DNA of 64,000 nucleotides from Mobula hypostoma (GCF_963921235.1 NC_086097.1:206400001-206464000), one strand, 5' to 3'; counted from the stretch's first letter, positions 1-13,099 are shown. The notes: generated by a model not told the origin, from the sequence alone. Made by a program: numbers and translations.

Positions 1-1469
1 ACCCATCTTATTAATGTTCACTTCTTGAGTGACAGCTTCAGGTGGTTTTGAAAAAAGTATATTGTGCAGTTTGTTCTCAATGCTGGATTGTTCGCTGAGA
101 AAATAAAAACATACAGAATGGACCATTCTTTTATGACAATTATCATGAATGTTCTCTGAGTTTTTAGGTGTTGGTCATCATTATGTTCTGCCCATGATCA
201 TCACTGAGGGAGACATATCCTGTTCAGTTCTCGAGTATCTCAGGATTCCTAAGGGTTTTTAGTTAAGGCCAATAGTTCCTTGTTTCTGGGAATCCTGATT
301 TCTTAGAAAATCATTTTCCCTGCTGCTTTCTCCTTGAGCCCGGAGCATTCGTTATCTCCCTTATACATGGTGGACTATAATCAGCGTGATGCAACTTGTG
401 TGTCCAGCGGCAACCTGGAGAAAGCTAGAGGTACAGAAATTTATCGCAACTCTTATTACTTTAGGTTGTCATGAACAAGGGAGCATTAGCCTACTATATA
501 CTGTAGCTGAAGGTGTGATTACAGATCTCTTGGAGAAGAAAGAAGTCCACAACTATTGCTCTTCTATCTTTGATGTGGAGAAAATTTTCCTAGAGAAACT
601 TTATGTTAAGGTCTCCTCCTCTCTCTTACTTTCTCTCTTCTCTCATTGTGGCACTCTGGCCCATAGTTCCTTTCCTTCTCTACTCCTCTATTCTGCAGGT
701 CCGGAACTCTAAGCTTCTTATTCCTCTCTCTTGATGGGGCAACTGTAGCTCTAGTGAAACTTTATATTGTTCACTGCATCCTCTTACGACTTCGGAATAT
801 TAAAAGTTTCCAGCAATAGAAGTGAAGAATATGTGCAATACCGGCTCTCCTTAGCACACACAAATGGACAAGTCAACAAAGGTCCTCTTCAGAAAACACA
901 ATGAGATTGGCAGGGGTAATATTCTTGCTGTTTTTAAATGCTAGACTCCCTGTGAGTGACTAACATATTGTGTTAGCAGGACTGCCACAGAACATCTTGA
1001 CTGATGTAAAATCAATGTTGCATGAGGACTGATGTCATGAAATGTCTAATCTGAATATATTCAACGTGTTCAACCACTTCATGTATCACTGCATAATCAG
1101 TTTGCTGGATGCTGCAATTTACACTTGGCAATAATTTCAATTAAGGCACACGTGCCTTTCTTGGACAGCGTTATTGATGTCAATAAGAACATGATTGTGC
1201 ATTTCAAAATCTGGAGGGAAACTGAAAACCATGAGATCAAACAAAAAGCAAAGCAATGGAGCTCTAGCCCTGACCTGTCTTCTTCACTCAGAGACTATGC
1301 TGAAGTCTGTCTGTTATTTCCTACCACTGCTGATAGGCAACTTAGGTCTTTGATGACACTCGAAGTCAAATTGCTTTCCAAATACATTTCAAAAAATTCC
1401 TTTAAAAACCTTCATAAATAAATCTGTTGTTGCATTTATAGATTCCCCTCACTAATACTTTTTGATTGA

Positions 1470-2697
1470 CAGCAGCACAGATGCGGTAGAAGCGTTCCCG
1501 CCCTGGTCCAGAGTGGAGCTTGAGAGAGCTGCCAGTTTTGATCAGACCACAGCACAGGCACAGTAGAAGCATTCCCACACAGGTCTGGAGCGAAGCTTCA
1601 AAAACTCAGTCTTCATAAAAGAGAGGTACCATCTAGCAGAGAAGTCATCGTTGGAGTCCTCTGAATCAAAGTATTAAGGCTTTCGGTCAACAAACTTCAG
1701 CAACATGCCATGTGGCAGTAAGGGTAGGAATAGAATGAGGGGGCAGATAAGTGCATGGCTGAAGAATTGGAGCAGGAGACAGGGATTCAGATTTCTGGAT
1801 CATTGGGACCTCATCTGGGGCAGGTGTAATCTGTACAAAGGGGACGGGCTGCACTTGAATCTGAGGGCAATAAATGTCCTTGCAGGCTGGTTTGCTAGAG
1901 CTGTTAGGAGTGGTTTAAGCTCATATGGCAGAGGAATGGGAACCAGTAGGATGGAGCTGAGGATGAGCCAGCAGGTTTACAAGTAGTGATGGGTGTAATA
2001 TAAGTATGAGGAAGGACAAGCTAATGATTGGGTACAAATGATGGCAGTGCAAAGAGTTAAATTGTACCAAAGAGACAAAATTCAAAAGGGAGAAGAATGC
2101 AGAACTGAAGGTTATTTGAATGTGCCTAGCATTTGGAATAAGGTGGATGAACTCCTGGTGCAATTAGAGATTTTCTGGCATGGTGTTGTAGTCATAGTTG
2201 GGAGCTTAATATCAAGGGATATACTTTGTATTGAAAGGACAGGTAGGAAGACATAGGTGGAGGTGTGGCTTTGTTGGTAAGAGATGGAATTACATCTTTA
2301 GAAAGAGGTGACATAGGGTCAAATCTTTGTGGGTGGAGTTAAGAAACTACAAGAGCTGAAAAAACCATTATGGGAGTCATAGCCTAGTTGTGGGGTTGAG
2401 ATTGCAAAGAAAGCAGGAAGGGAATGTAATAAGGGTAGTGTCACAATGGTAACTGGGGATATCAATTTTCAAGGAGGTAGGGAAAATCAGGTTGGTGTTG
2501 GATCACAAGAGAGGGAATTTTTTGAATGACTACAAGATGGCTTTTTAGAGCAGCTTGTGCTTGAGCCTACTTTAGGAAAGGTTATCTTAGATTGCATGTT
2601 GTGCAATAACCCAGATCTTACTAGGGAGCTTAATGTAAAGGAACCTTTAGGAGGCAGTGATCATAATACGATTGAATTCATACTGCAATTTGATAGG
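1470..2697 (+). mobile_element. CR1 LINE 'A', 5' part (probable 5'UTR, end of esterase ORF1, ORF2 endonuclease region), decayed
   Basis: QGFRFLDHWD...DGLHLN (end of SGNH esterase), YLNVPSIWNKVDEL and EPLGGSDHNTIEF (APE endonuclease). Ends at ...ILQFDR, where element B is inserted. Left boundary approximate. Confidence 0.85.
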
Positions 2698-3094
2698 GAC
2701 TACAGAGCGTCGTGGGAGCCGAATTCTGAAGGAAGGCAGTTTTTTAAAAAACTTCTTCGAGTGCGAGAAGGATGAGACTGTGCAGGCGTGTGATGTCAAC
2801 AGGACAGTGCGGAGAGTTTAAAAAGGAGACCACCCTATACAACGGGCAGTGGAGTGAGCGGGAGCAGAGTGTAGGGCTTTGGCTTCAACGGGCTTTGGCG
2901 GTAAATGGAAAGAGGCGAGAGTGAAGCACCAACTCTTTTTATTCTCCCCCCGTGAATCGGCCCGGACAGACAGGAACAGCAGGGCTCACACAGCTAATGG
3001 TATGAGCTAACGGTTTAAAAAGTTCGTCTGTTTGGTGAGGTAAGTGGGTGAGTAGACTTATTTTTCCTGTTTCATTCCTGTAAAATTAGATAGC

Positions 3095-4027
3095 ATGCCT
3101 GCAGGGCTACTGCTTTGTTCAGGGTGTCAGATGTGGGAATCCTGGGAGACCTCCAGCCTTCCTGATGGCCACATCTGCGCCAGGTGCACCGAGTTGTAGC
3201 TTCTCAGAGATCGTGTTAGGGATCTGGAGCTGCAGCTTGATGACCTACTGCGTATCAGGGAAAGTGAAGAGGTGACAGAGGAGCTACAGGGAGGTAGTCA
3301 TCCCTAGGCTACAGGGGTCAGAAAACTGGGTCACTGTCAAGAGAGGGAAGGGAAATGCCCAGATAGTGGAGAGCACACCTGTGGCTGTCCCCCTCAGCAA
3401 CAAATATCTTGTTCTGGATGCTGTTGAGGGGGATGACCTGACAGGGATGCCCACAGTGACCGGGTCTCTGGCACTGAGCCTGGCGCTGTTGTGCAGGAGA
3501 GAAGGAGGGAGAAGATAAATGCAGTAGTCGTAGGGGATTCCATAGTCAGGAGAACAGACAGGAGATTCTGTGAGCCTAACAGAGATACCCGCATGGTGTG
3601 TTGCTTCCCAGGTGCCAGGGTACGGGATGTCTCCGATCACGTCCTGAATATTCTGAAGGGGGAGGGTGAGCAGCCAGTTGTCTTGGTACACGTTCGTACC
3701 AATGACATAGATAGGACAAAGGAGGAGGTCCTGAAGAGAGATTTCCAGGAGTTAGGAAAGAAGCTGAGAAGCAGGACCTCCAGGGTAGTAATCTCGGGAT
3801 TGCTACCTGTGCCACGTGCTAGCGAGGGCAAGAATAGTAGGATCAGGCAGATGAATGCATGACTGAGAGACTGGTGTAGGGGGCAGGGCTTCAGATTCTT
3901 GGATAATTGGGATCACTTCTGGGGGAAGTATAACCTGTTCAAAAAGGACAGGTTACACCTGAACCCGAAGGGGACCAAAATCCTGGCGGGAAAGTTTAAT
4001 AGAGCTGTTAGGGAGGGTTTAAACTAA
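3095..4027 (+). pseudogene. CR1-B ORF1: CxxC/CxxC zinc finger, leucine zipper and SGNH/GDSL esterase; disrupted
   Basis: CSGC...CARC, LRDRVRDLELQLDDL, VVVGDSIVR, VCCFPGARV, VHVRTND; in-frame stops at ~3197 and 3860 plus a frameshift. Confidence 0.88.
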
Positions 4028-5783
4028 TTTGGCAGGGGGATGGGAACCGGAATGACAGAGCGGAGGAAGGGGAAAACAGAAATAAATCTAAGATAGTGAG
4101 CAGTAAAGATGTCAGGAAAGACAGGCAGGTGATGGGGCAAATTTGTAGCCATTGGGATGAGTTGCAGTGCAATAAATTTGCAGTGAAATCAAAGCGAGAA
4201 GTATCAAATACTGGTCTTAAGGTGTTATACTTAAATGCACGCAGCATAAGGAATAAGGTGGATGACCTTGTCGTACAGCTACAGATTGGCAGGTATGATA
4301 TTGTGGCCATCACTGAGACCTGGCTAAAGGATGCATGTCTCTGGGAGCTGAACATCCAAGGATACATGGTGTATCGGAAGGATAAGAAGGTAAGCAGAGG
4401 GGGAAGCGTGGCTTTATTGGTAAGAAATGATATTAAATCATTAGAAAGAGGTGATATAGGATTGGAAGGTGCAGAATCTTTAAGGGTTGAGCTAAGAAAT
4501 AGCGGGGTAAAAGGACCCTGATGGCAGTTATTTATAGGCCTCCAAACAGCTGCATGGATGTGGACTACAAATTACAAATGGTAATAGAAAAGGCTTGTCA
4601 GAAGGGCAGTGTTATGATAATTGTGGGGGATTTTAACATGCGAGTGGATTGGGAAAATTAGGTCAGCACTGGATCTCAAGAGAGAGAATTTGTAGAATGT
4701 CTGCGAGATGGCTTTTTAGAACAGCTTGTTGTTGAGCCCACTAGGAGATCTGCTGTACTGGATTGGGTATTGTGTAATGAATCGGAGGTGATTTAGAGAG
4801 ATTGAGGTGAAGGAACCTTTAGGAGACAGTGATCATAACATGATTGAGTTCACTGTGAAATTTGAAAAAGAGAAGCCGAAATCTGATGTGTCGGTATTTC
4901 AGCGGAGTAAAGGAAATTACAGTGGCATGACAGAGGAACTGGCCAAAGTTGACTGGAAAGGGACACTGGCAGGAAAGAGGGCAGAGCAGCAGTGGCTGGA
5001 GTTTATGCGAGAAATGAGGAAGGTGCAAGACAGGTATATTCCAAAAAAGAAGAAATTTTCAAGTGGAAAAAGGATGCAACCGTGGTTGACAAGAGAAGTC
5101 AAAGCCAAAGTTAAAGCAAAGGAGAGGGCATACAAGGAAGCAAATTAGTGGGAAGACAGAGGATTGGGAAGTTTTTAAAACCTTATAAAAGGAAGCCAAG
5201 AAGGTCATTAAGAGGGAAAAGATTAACTATGAAAGGAAGCTAGCAAATAATATCAAAGAGAATACTAAAAGCTTTTTCAAGTATATAAAGGGTAAAAGAC
5301 AGGTGTGAGTAGATATAGGACTGATAGAAAATGATGCTGGAGAAATTGTAATGGGAGATAAGGAGATGGCAGAGGAACTGAACGAGTATATTGCATCAGT
5401 CTTCACTGAGGAAGACTTCAGCAGTATACCGGACACACAAGGGTGGCAGGGAAGAGAAGTGTGCACAGTCACAATTACGACAGAGAAAGTACTCAGGATG
5501 CTGAATAGTCTAAAGGTAGATAAATCTCCCGGACCAGATGGAATGCACCCTCGTGTTCTGAAGAAAGTAGCTGTGAGATTGCGGAGGCATTAGCGATGAT
5601 CTTTCAAAAGTCGATAGATTCTGGCATGGTTCCAGAGGACTGAAAGATTGAAGATGTCACTCCGCTATTTAAGAAGGGGGCAAGGAAGCAAAAAGGAAAT
5701 TATAGACCTGTTAGCTTGACATCGGTGGTTGGGAAGTTGTTGGAGTCGATTGTCAAGGATGAGGTTACAGAGTACCTGGAGGC

Positions 5784-6096
5784 TTTTTCCACTGAGTCAA
5801 GGGGAGAAAAAAACCAGAGGACATGGGTTAAGGGTGAGGGGGGAAAAGTTTAAAGGGAATATTAGAGGGGGCTTCTTCACACAGAGAGTGGTGGGAGTAT
5901 GGAATGAGCTGCCAGACGAGGTGGTAAATGCGGGTTCTTTTTTAACATTTAAAAATAAATTGGACAGATACATGGATGGGAGGTGTATGGAGGGATATGG
6001 TCCGTGTGCAGGTCAGTGGGACTAGGCAGAAAATGGTTCGGCACAGCCAAGAAGGGCCAAAAGGCCTGTTTCTCTGCTGTAGTTTCTATGGTTTCT
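5784..6096 (+). mobile_element. 313-bp 5'-truncated 3' end of a different CR1 family, inserted in CR1-B ORF2
   Basis: KTRGHGLRVRG...FFTQRVVGVWNELP terminus with (tttctatgg) tail. Removing it restores the host frame gag gc|a tat gac (EYLEAYDKIG). Confidence 0.92.
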
Positions 6097-7404
6097 ATAT
6101 GACAAGATAGGCAGAACTCAGCATGGATTCCTTAAAGGAAAATCCTGCCTGACAAACCTGTTACAATTTTTTAAGGAAATTACCAGTAGGCTAGACAAGG
6201 GAGATGTAGTGGATGTTGTAAATTTGGATTTTCAGAGGGCCTTTGACAAGGTGCCACACATGAGGCTACTTAACAAGATAAGAGCCCATGGAATTACAGG
6301 AAAGTTACATACGTGGATAGAGCGTTGGCTGATTGGCAGGAAACAGAGAGTTGGAATAAAGGGATCCTATTCTGGTTGGCTGCCGGTTACCAGTGGTGTT
6401 CCACAGTGGTCAGTGTTGGGGCCGCTTCTTTTTACATTGTACATCAACGATTTGGATTATGGAATAGATGGCTTTGTGGCTAAGTTTGCTGACGATACGA
6501 AGATAGGTGGAGGGGCCGGTTGTGCTGAGGAAACAGAGTCTGCAGAGAGACTTGGATAGATTGGAAGAATGAGCAGAGAAAGTTGGAAAGTGTATAGTTA
6601 TGCACTTTGGCAGAAAAAAATAAACGGGCTGACTATTATTTAAATGGGGAGAGAATTCAAAGTTCGGAGATGCAGCGGGACTTGGGAGTCCTCGTACAGG
6701 ATACCCTTAAGGTTAACCTCCAGGTTGAGTCAGTAGTGAAGAAGGCGAATGCAATGTTGGCATTCATTTCTCAAGGAATAGAGTCTAGGAGCAGGGATGT
6801 GATGTTGAGGCTCTATAAGGCGCTGGTGAGACCTCACTTGGAGTACTGTGGGCAGTTTTGGTCTCCTTATTTAAGAAAGGATGTGCTGATGTTGGAGAGG
6901 GTACAGAGAAGATTCACTAGAATGATTCCGGGAATGAGAGGGTTAACATATGAGGAACGATTGTCCGCTCTTGGACTGTATTCCTTGGAGTTTAGAAGAA
7001 TGAGGGGAGACCTCATAGAAACATTTCGAATGTTGAAAGGCATGGACAGAGTGGATGTGGCAAAGTTGTTTCCCATGATGGGGGAGTCTAGTACAAGAGG
7101 GCATGACTTAAGGATTGAAGGGTGCCCATTCAGAATAGAAATGCGAAGACATTTTTTTAGTCAGAGGGTGGTGAATCTATGGAATTTGTTGCCACGGGCA
7201 GCAGTGGAGGCCAAGTCATTGGGTGTATTTAAGGCAGAGATTGATACGTATCTGAGTAGCCAGGGCATCAAAGGTTATGGTGAGAAGGCAGGGGAGTGGG
7301 ACTAAATAGGAGAATGGATCAGCTCATGATAAAATGGCGGAGCAGACTTGATGGGCCGAATGGCCGACTTCTGCTCCTTGGTCTTATGGTCTTATGGTCT
7401 TATG

Positions 7405-9545
7405 GAGAAGCATAAGTTAGATGTATTAGTATCACAATGGAATAAAGGGAATTACAGAGGCAGAGAGAGGAGCTTGCCCAGGTGGATTGGAGGGAGATAC
7501 CGACGGAGATGACAACAGACCAGAGGTAGCTGATGTTACTGGGAATAGTTCACAAGGCGCAGAATAGATATCTCCCACTGAAGAAGTTGTTCTCAAATGA
7601 CCAGGATAGGCAACTGTGGCTGACAAGGGAGGTAACAGACAGCAGAAAAGCCAAGGAAAGAGCATAAAATGTTGCAAAAGTGAGTGGGAAATTGGATGAT
7701 TGGGAAGTTTTTAAAATCTAACAAAAAGCAACTGAAAAAGCCATAGGAAGGGAAAAGATGAAATATGAGGGCAATAATGTAAAGCAGGGTACTAAAAGAT
7801 TTTCAGTTATGTAAAGACTAAAAGGGAGGTGAGAGTTGATATTGGACCACTGGAAAATCATGCTGGTGAGGCGGTAATAGGGGACAATGAAAAGGTGGAT
7901 GAACTTAATCAATACTCTGCATCTGTCTTCACTGTGGAAGACTCTAGCTGTGTGCCAGAGGTCTGTGAGCATCAGGGAGCAGGAGTGAGTGCCATTGTTG
8001 TTACAAAGGGAAAAATGCTAGGCATACTAAAAGGTCTTCAGGTGGATAAGTCACCTGGACCAGATGGACTACATCCCGGAGTCCTGAGCAAGGTTGCTGA
8101 AAAGATAGCAGCTGAATTGGTTATGCTCTTTCAAAAATCACTTGATTCTGGCATAGTTCCTTAGGACCGGAAAATTGCAAATTTCACTCCACACTTTATG
8201 AAGGGAGGAATGGAAAAGAAAAGAAATTATAGATCAGTTTGCCTACCCTCAGTAGCTGGGAAAGTGTTGGAGTCCATTATTAAGGATGAGGTTTCGGGAT
8301 ACTGGACATTAATGATAAAATCAGTCAAAGTCAACTTGGTTTCAATCTTGCCTGAAAAATCTGTTAGAGTTCTTCGAGGAAGTAACAAGCAGCGTGGACA
8401 AAGGAGAGGCAGTGAATGCCTTTTACTTGGATTTTCTGAAGGCATTTGATAAGGTGCCACACATGAGGCTGCTTAACAAGATAAAATACCATGATATTAC
8501 AGGAAATATACTGGCTCGATAGAGAAATGGCTGACAGGCAGGAGGCAGTGAGTGGGAATAAAAGGGGCCCTTTCTGGTTGGCTGCCAGTGATTAGTGATT
8601 TTCCTCAGGGGTCAGTATTGGGACTATTACTTTTCACATTGTTTGTCAATGATTTAGACAACAGAATTGATGGCTTCGTGGCAAAGTTTACAGATGATAC
8701 GAAGATAGGTGGAGGGGTAGGTACTGCTGAGGAAACAATGCGATTGCAGAAGGACTTAGACAGATTGGAAGAATGGGCAAAAAAGTGGCAGATGGAAAAG
8801 GTGCAAAAATGCAGACTATTATCTAAATGGAGAAAATTCAAACATCAGAGGTGCAAAAGGACTTAGGAGTCCTTGTGCAAGACTCTCAAAAGGTTAGAGT
8901 CTGTGGTAAAGAAGGCAAATGCAATGTTGGCATTCATTTCAATAGGAATAGAATATAAAAAAAGGAGATAATGCTGAGGCTTTTAAAGATACTAGTCAGG
9001 CCGTACTTGGGATATTGTCAACAGTTTTGGGTGCCATATCTCAGAAAGAATGTGTTGTCTTTGGAAAGAGTCCAGAGGAAGTTCACGAGGATGATTCTAG
9101 GAATGAAGGGGTTAACATATGAGGAGTGTTTGGCAGCTTTGGGCTTCTACTCACTGTAATTTAGAAGAATGTGTGGGGATCTCATTAAAGTCCACCGAGT
9201 GTTGAAAGGACTAAATAGGGTGGATGTGGAGAGGATGTTTCCTATGGTGGGAGTACCCGTTCTGGAGGGCACAGCCTTAAAACTGAAGGGTGACCCTTTA
9301 GAACAGAAGTAAGGAGAAGAGTAGTGAATCTATGGAATGCACTGCCATATACAGCTGTGGAGGCCAAGGCTATATTTAAAGCGAAAATTGATCGTTTCCT
9401 GATCAGTCAGGGCATCAAAAGTTATGGCGAGAAGGCAGGTGTATGGGGTTGAGTGGGATCCAGTATCAGCCATGATGGAATGGCAGTTCAGACTTGATGG
9501 GCTGAATGGCCTAATTCTACTCTCATTTCTTATGGTCTTATTACC
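7405..9545 (+). mobile_element. CR1 LINE 'A', 3' part (ORF2 RT to 3' tail), decayed
   Basis: Resumes EKHKLDV...WNKGNYRG; KSPGPDGLHP, FPQGSVLG, KFTDDTK; ends ttcttatggtctta. Confidence 0.92.
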
Positions 9546-9599
9546 CAACACCGTATTATGGGGGAGGAAAACAGCGTAAAGAATCAAGGATGATACAAT

Positions 9600-10325
9600 C
9601 GCTCAGCGTCTGTGTGGAATTTGCATGTTCTATTTGTGACCATGTGGGCTTCACCAGCTGTTCCAATTTTCTTCCACATCCCAGAATATGTGCAGGGTGG
9701 TTAGGTAATTCCTGTGAATATGTGACAAAAAGTAGAATTTGGGGTAAGTTTGTGGATTTGGGATAAGTAGTCTTTGTATTGTTTCATATAGCACCATGGT
9801 CCCGAAAAACGTTGTCTCCTTTTTACTGTGTACTGTACCAGCAGTTATGGTCGCAATGACAATAAAAAGTGACTTGACTTGACTTGATTGGACTCCATAG
9901 TTCATGTTACGATGTGTTTCTGGTTTCTGGTCACTCCTTTTTTGCTTCTGTTATTTCGGGCGACTTTGTTCAGGGTAGCTTGCAGGTAATGAACTGGATA
10001 TGCCTGGTTGTTCTGGTTTTGTGTTTTATATTCAGTGTTTTTTGCTCATTTTATTTTGTTGCCATTTGAGCGATTTGTTTTTATTGAGTGGTAAGGGTTT
10101 GATGATTTTCTTTGTTTCATGGCTGTCTGTGGGGAAGATAAATCTCTACAGATGTACACTGCACACATTCTTTGATAGTAAATATACTTTGAATCTTTGA
10201 AGTTGATGGGAATGTGGGGAGGTTGAAATGGGAGAAGTATACAATTAGTGTAAATGGATGTTTGATGGTTGACATAGATGAGGTAGGTCAAAAGGCTTAT
10301 TTCCATGCTACGTGACTCCATATGA
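9600..10325 (+). mobile_element. V-domain (HE1-like) SINE interrupted by two LINE-type 3'-tail fragments (~9776-9890 ending in (gactt)n; ~9895-10200)
   Basis: gtctgtgtggaatttgcatgttct...ttccacatccc resembles the V-SINE core; SINE-like tail resumes after 10200. Confidence 0.6.
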
Positions 10326-10576
10326 TGGCAAAGCCAATTGAGGCAAGAATTAATAATAACTTTCAATAAAATATAAAAGTGCAGCAAAATTCAATAAGCA
10401 AATTTTATCCCACAGGATTTACCCACAGGAAGTTGCAAAACAGAGATAATTTATTTGTTAAAGTTCTAGATTGCAATAGGACCCAATGTATGTAAACAGT
10501 ATGAAGAAGGAATTAATCTAATATAAACAAACTGATTTGAATTGTATTATTGTATGTCATTTGATTGTGTTCTTAC

Positions 10577-10668
10577 CGCTACTTGCCCTGAGCTTGATGG
10601 TCATCATTTCATCACACGAGAGTTTGCTTCTCTTCATTGCTAGGGAAGCTCGGGGGCAACCTGACAAA
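10577..10668 (-). CDS. ST18: ST18 coding exon O (92 nt, phase 2/1), end of finger 6; last exon seen in window
   Basis: Manual translation [31 protein letters not shown]; atttccag|T and AGCG|gtaaga. Confidence 0.94.
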
Positions 10669-11094
10669 CTGGAAATATAAAAATATGATAAGAATAAGCA
10701 TTTTCTATCCATATTTCATGAAGCAAATTTAGTTTGGGGTAGCAACTTAAAGAAGGTGTGTAAAATGTCTGTTGAAGTGCTGAGCCCTGAGGTACAGATA
10801 CACAGGTAACTTTGAATCAAGCAGGGGTTTCAACAAAACACACATGCTTTTTAATCAGAAGGTGCCAATGATGCCAAATATAAATCCATTTAAAGTGACT
10901 TCAAGCTAGAAATTACTATTCAGATAAACAAATGTAAATTGGTTGATGCAACTGGACGATATTCCGTTTTATTGTGGCTTGATGGATTGAAATACAGTAA
11001 GAATGTCATAGAAACACATTAAGGATTCACCTATTATCAGCATCAGTGATTTCTATTCTGTTATTACAGAATGAAGAAAAAGTCAGGAAAATTT

Positions 11095-11220
11095 ATAAAC
11101 ATAAGAGATTCTGCAGATGCTGGAAAATCAGAGCAACACACAAAAAGGGCTGGAGTAACTCAGTAAATGAGGCAGCATCTGTGGAGGTTTTCATGCTGAG
11201 CCCTTTCAACAGGACTCAAG
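11095..11220 (-). mobile_element. Short Penelope-like terminal-repeat fragment
   Basis: tctgcagatgctggaaa..gcaacacacaaa motif shared with copies at ~27925, ~31440, ~40530 and ~44780. Confidence 0.65.
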
Positions 11221-11694
11221 GAGAAAAGTATATTTTAGTTCATCTAAAATGGACCATGTTTTTGGCTAATTTATTTAAGCAAACAGGTTAAAATAAGTAT
11301 TTAATAAAGGTAAATGAAGGATTTAACATGTGAATACAATGTATTCACAAGAAAATAATATTAGTCATAAAACATATCTCCTTTTGGATTATAATAGTTT
11401 ACCTCTTGTTATCATTGTCCTCTTTCCATTTGATCTGTATTTTAACACATATCTTAGATGCTAAACAAATAAAATGTGTTATTTAAAAAAATGTGGTCAT
11501 TGGTAACAATATTATAAACGACAATCAATTTTTTGAAAGTTGAAGGAGCTGGGCTCAGTTAGTTTAGCTGATAGTGTACAGCATAGTAAAGTGCAGGACA
11601 AATCCTTCAGTCTGGGTTCTTACATTACTAATATGGTTATAATGTTAGAGAATTTGTATTACAGTGGCAAGTAGAAGGATGCCCCTATACTAAC

Positions 11695-11916
11695 CTTCTG
11701 TGGGTGACAAAACTGCCATTAATGTGACCAGATCCATCACAGCCAGGTGTGGGGCAAGTTGTACCTTCTGCTTTGCCAGATTTCCATGGAAATTGGGGTC
11801 CATTCAATGAAGCCTCCTTTTGTCTTTTTGCAGCTAAGGGGCACCCTGATGCACTCCGATGTGATGAGTATTTGCCAGATATGTGACCCTGCCCATCACA
11901 ACCTATCACTGGACAC
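11695..11916 (-). CDS. ST18: ST18 coding exon N (222 nt, phase 2/2), finger 5 and start of finger 6
   Basis: [34 protein letters not shown]...[20 protein letters not shown]; tgtctaag|G and GAAG|gttagt. Confidence 0.96.
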
Positions 11917-12439
11917 CTTAGACAGACAAAAACACAGTGTGGTAAACCATATTATCAATGAACACTTCAACAACATAGTCAGGTCACGTTCAGAAACTCA
12001 TTCTCCTTTTTGTGATAGATATGGTTTAAATAACATTGTACTAAATGTTAAGTTGCCATGGAACACTTTGTATGTATTGCTAATAGGTGCAAGAGAAATA
12101 ATCACATATAATTGAATTTTAGACTGCCAAGAACACATGGCACATTCATTTCATTCATTGCCAAATCTGTCTCAAACACAGCTCGACTTACCATGCCATA
12201 CTGTCACAGCCAAAACCGTCTGCTGCTTCACAATCATACAGGAGCATAAAGCCACATTGGCCTCCATTTCTACACAAGGTACCACTCCTCATTCTCTATC
12301 TTCATCTTTGATAGCAGCTCTGAAGGGACTATAGAATTCCTTGGTGATGAAATTGCACTTTGCTGCTTGTATTTTCAGATTGGGATGTCAAGAGGTTAAA
12401 TTAAAAGGCTGGCCTATCACAGCTGAGTCCGTCAGGACA

Positions 12440-12750
12440 GGTGTTGGAGGCAACCCTCTAGGCGGAACTTGAATTTTTCTCCCTGTAGTCAATGTTGCTT
12501 TTCCCCAGGTGTTCCAATTTCCTCTCAAATCTCAAAGATGTGTTGTTTGTTAGATTAATTAGCTGCTGTAAATTAGCCCTAATGGATGTGGAAGTTAAGG
12601 TGGGACGATCGGAGGGTCAGTAAAAGCTATATGTGAGAGGAAAGCACAGGGGAATATTTCAGGAATTGGAAGGGTGGGGGGTTGATCTGAAGGCTATATT
12701 CCAGGCTTGATTAGTCTAATGGCCTCTTTCTATGCTGTAAGACTATATGA
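12440..12750 (+). mobile_element. Diverged V-domain SINE
   Basis: ttttccccaggtgttccaatttcctctcaaatctcaaagatgtg core and aatggcctctttctatgctgtaa tail. Confidence 0.55.
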
Positions 12751-12925
12751 ACATTCAAAACCTACAGACACAAATGGAAGAACGTCCACTGAATTAATAT
12801 GAACTAGCAAGATCATTTATGCAATGCCTAAAGTTTACAAATTTTACATCACTATATACTGTATAAAAAAAGTCATTACCTAGGGGAAGAATTTTTAAAT
12901 AACAGTGTGTAGCCTTTCATCCTAC

Positions 12926-13009
12926 CTCACTAACTCTGAGTCTTCTTTGTCATCATTGCTGGGTGTTAGCTTAATTCCACCTTTCTTAGCTCTTGGGCAT
13001 CCAGAAAGG
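12926..13009 (-). CDS. ST18: ST18 coding exon M (84 nt, phase 2/2)
   Basis: Manual translation [29 protein letters not shown]; tcttctag|C and TGAG|gtagga; 90-nt intron to exon L. Confidence 0.94.
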
Positions 13010-13099
13010 CTAGAAGATAAAATTGGTCATAAACTCAGAATGAAGTAACAGGCCTTTAAATTACTACCTTGGTTTCTTTCAGCTTATTACCAAACTCAC

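Larger units (their letters stand above)
2698..7404 (+). mobile_element. Near full-length CR1 LINE 'B' nested in CR1 'A'
   Basis: 5'UTR, ORF1 from ATG 3095 to TAA 4027, ORF2 fragments 4096-7305 (APE endonuclease; RT with LDFQRAFDKVPH, GVPQ, KFADD) and a 3' tail of (cttatggt) repeats ending ~7404. Confidence 0.95.

Noticed and set aside
3095..7305. CR1-B as an active or domesticated element
   Set aside because: It has multiple stops and frameshifts plus an insertion in ORF2.
7378..7404. Short tandem repeats (cttatggt)n; also (gactt)n at ~9870 and (catagaa)n at 38339
   Set aside because: These are ordinary retroelement 3' tails.
12926..12931. Alternative donor TTA|gtgagg inside exon M
   Set aside because: It would be phase 0 and shift the frame of phase-2 exon N.
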